A stretch of 64,000 nt of DNA, taken from the NCBI GenBank assembly GCA_963540875.1, contig CAUTQZ010000006.1, positions 1,225-65,224 of the forward strand, in the 5' to 3' direction. The DNA comes from an uncultured Acholeplasmataceae bacterium. Lineage in GTDB: Bacteria > Bacillota_I > Bacilli_A > Acholeplasmatales > Acholeplasmataceae. The translations under genes were made by a program, and so were the position numbers. The notes below the pieces were generated by a model. The model saw only the letters and a list, made by a program, of their open reading frames with translations, searched no databases and had not been told where the DNA came from. How positions within the stretch are numbered: the first letter of the stretch is position 1; every line of letters begins with the position of its first letter. This document shows, piece by piece, positions 62,686 through 64,000 of this stretch.

Positions 62686-64000
62686 TATTTTTTAATATCT
62701 TCTAGTATTTTATTTAAAGTATCTCTTGCCTTACTCTTGGCATCATTTAATTCTGAGGTTAAATCTTTACCATCGATTGCATAACGATGCACCGCGTGTA
62801 AAATAGGTAGTAGTAAACCGTATTTATCAATTTTATTTTCAACTAATTTTTTAGGATCACTATAGTATTTATAAGCTTCTACACATATATCAAATTCAGC
62901 TTCTGTAATATTGCCATTACCTAGTAAATGTTTTCTAACCCATAATTTAGCTCTAATTTCGCCTGTTTTAGCAATTGTTTTTAATTCTTGGTCAGTTTTA
63001 TTACTATATTCAGGCATTTTTTTAGCTTCAATAATTTCATCATCCAAATTATTATCAACCCATGCTTTATTTAACTCAAGTAAAAATTTAGCAGTAACTT
63101 CTTTATCTTTACCTTTTGTTAAAACCATCATATCTCCTGCAAGACCCATTATTTTAGAAGGAGAATTTTCGGGTTTACATTTTTCATTCGTAGGAAATGG
63201 TACTATTTTAATTTTAAAATCATGCTTTTGATCATTAGGTGATCCGTTAGGAGCCAAAATATAATCTCTATAAGTCCATACTTCTGCATTGGTAAAGGCA
63301 TTTCTTCCTTTATTAAAACATCTAGCCGCGTTGTGTTGATTAGGTGACCAATTATTAGGATGGTATCTATCCCATTTACCTTCGTATTTAATTTCACCCT
63401 CGCCACTATCAGTACCTGTCATTTCTTGAGTTCTACTTGGCCAGTTATCACCGTTAAAATACATTTCTTTCCATTCATCAATTAAATCTCTTATTTCTTT
63501 AGAATCGAGATTATTTAGATCAAGCGTTTTACCCGTTCTTTGTGCATATAAATCAAATAACCAAAATTGAAAAGAATAAGCGTAAGGTCTTGCACCTCTA
63601 TCGAAGGTTGGAAGTGGAGTAGTGTATTTACTATCGCTTGCTAAATATGCTTTAAGAGCAATTTTCATTTCTTCCATTTTTTGCCAAGTCCATTGACCTT
63701 TTTTCCATAATTCTAATGGATCTTCTAACCCTGCTTTTGAAATCATTGTTGAATTATATAAAAATAAATTAAACATAGATACATCATTAAAACGAGATAC
63801 TCCGTAAGTTTTTGAATAATTAACTCCATCATTTGGATCTGTTTGTTCAAGAGTGGCAACTTCCAATTGATTATTATTATTAATCATATTTTCAAAACCT
63901 TTACTTGCAACAATTTTATTATTTTTTAAAGAAATGATTTCATCCATTCCTTGTAAATAACCTTTAGTAACTAAGTCAATAAAAGTATCATTGGTATTTA
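62685..64000 (-). CDS. Extracellular solute-binding protein, copy B (5' end beyond the window)
   Basis: The reading frame stays open upstream of the track ATG (63947) to position 64000 (NTNDTFIDLVTKGYLQG-MDE...). Paralog of 39279..41093 (LWKKGQWTWQKMEEM, AARCFNKGRNAFTNAEVWTYRDYIL, GLAGDMMVLTK). Confidence 0.75.
   Translation of the reverse strand, partial: NTNDTFIDLVTKGYLQGMDEIISLKNNKIVASKGFENMINNNNQLEVATLEQTDPNDGVNYSKTYGVSRFNDVSMFNLFLYNSTMISKAGLEDPLELWKKGQWTWQKMEEMKIALKAYLASDSKYTTPLPTFDRGARPYAYSFQFWLFDLYAQRTGKTLDLNNLDSKEIRDLIDEWKEMYFNGDNWPSRTQEMTGTDSGEGEIKYEGKWDRYHPNNWSPNQHNAARCFNKGRNAFTNAEVWTYRDYILAPNGSPNDQKHDFKIKIVPFPTNEKCKPENSPSKIMGLAGDMMVLTKGKDKEVTAKFLLELNKAWVDNNLDDEIIEAKKMPEYSNKTDQELKTIAKTGEIRAKLWVRKHLLGNGNITEAEFDICVEAYKYYSDPKKLVENKIDKYGLLLPILHAVHRYAIDGKDLTSELNDAKSKARDTLNKILEDIKK

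Noticed and set aside
896-63231. All plus-strand ORFs in the supplied track (896..1126, 3405..3599, 3813..4136, 4320..4817, 11842..12180, 13464..13652, 13911..14129, 21827..22135, 22265..22471, 22757..23098, 24254..24682, 25376..25618, 26879..27094, 29148..29360, 38637..38849, 40843..41118, 49993..50193, 52198..52404, 52654..52845, 53930..54136, 57398..57643, 58693..58905, 62911..63231)
   Set aside because: Each lies fully antisense within (or mostly within) a long, well-supported minus-strand gene. Their composition is low-complexity and Ser/Leu/Ile-rich, as expected of shadow frames in AT-rich DNA. I saw no SD sequences or recognisable motifs.
1-64000. Mycoplasma-type genetic code (TGA = Trp)
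   Set aside because: ORFs of 800-1100 codons are uninterrupted under the standard code. Several genes end at TGA in ATGA/GTGA overlaps (for example 33820..33823 and 31190..31193), so TGA functions as a stop.
26711-64000. Mobile-element origin of the glycan island (integrase, transposase, flanking direct repeats)
   Set aside because: I recognised no recombinase-like ORF and no obvious flanking repeats. Composition looks the same as the housekeeping part by eye. The left border next to tRNA-Gly is suggestive but insufficient.

Overview
This is a visibly AT-rich bacterial chromosome segment (G+C not computed). It reads with the standard code: TGA behaves as a stop and 800-1100 codon ORFs are intact. 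There are many Cys-lipobox lipoproteins and no LPXTG signals. That fits a low-GC Firmicutes/Mollicutes-type organism (Acholeplasma/Anaeroplasma/Erysipelotrichia-like), but taxonomy cannot be proven from the window. All 40 protein genes I call are on the minus strand; only tRNA-Cys is on plus. Positions 1-26.6 kb are mostly housekeeping: a two-peptide plus ABC exporter operon, the conserved cysS...rlmB-sigH neighbourhood (interrupted by a P-type ATPase), a DUF2779-type nuclease, two large surface lipoproteins (GLUG-like; InlB-B-repeat plus BspA-type LRR), a cytoplasmic GH2, pepF, fmt, a priA lacking helicase motifs, the rimP-nusA-ylxQ-infB-rbfA operon, and a stand-alone AAA/DUF4143 ATPase next to tRNA-Gly. 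Positions 26.7-64 kb form a roughly 37 kb glycan-foraging island. It holds two diverged copies of a 7-gene cassette: lipoprotein SBP, a ~1000-aa membrane-anchored CBM-like/SBP chimera, a propeller-like plus TPR bitopic protein, a Yip1-like 5-TM protein, a ~870-aa single-pass protein, and MalF-like and MalG-like permeases, with no ATPase. Each copy is followed by a large lipoprotein. The copies flank two tandem secreted GH85 endo-beta-N-acetylglucosaminidases and a repeat/LRR lipoprotein. This accessorised ABC cassette is my best candidate for an undescribed system. I saw no rRNA, CRISPR, transposase, integrase or phage genes.
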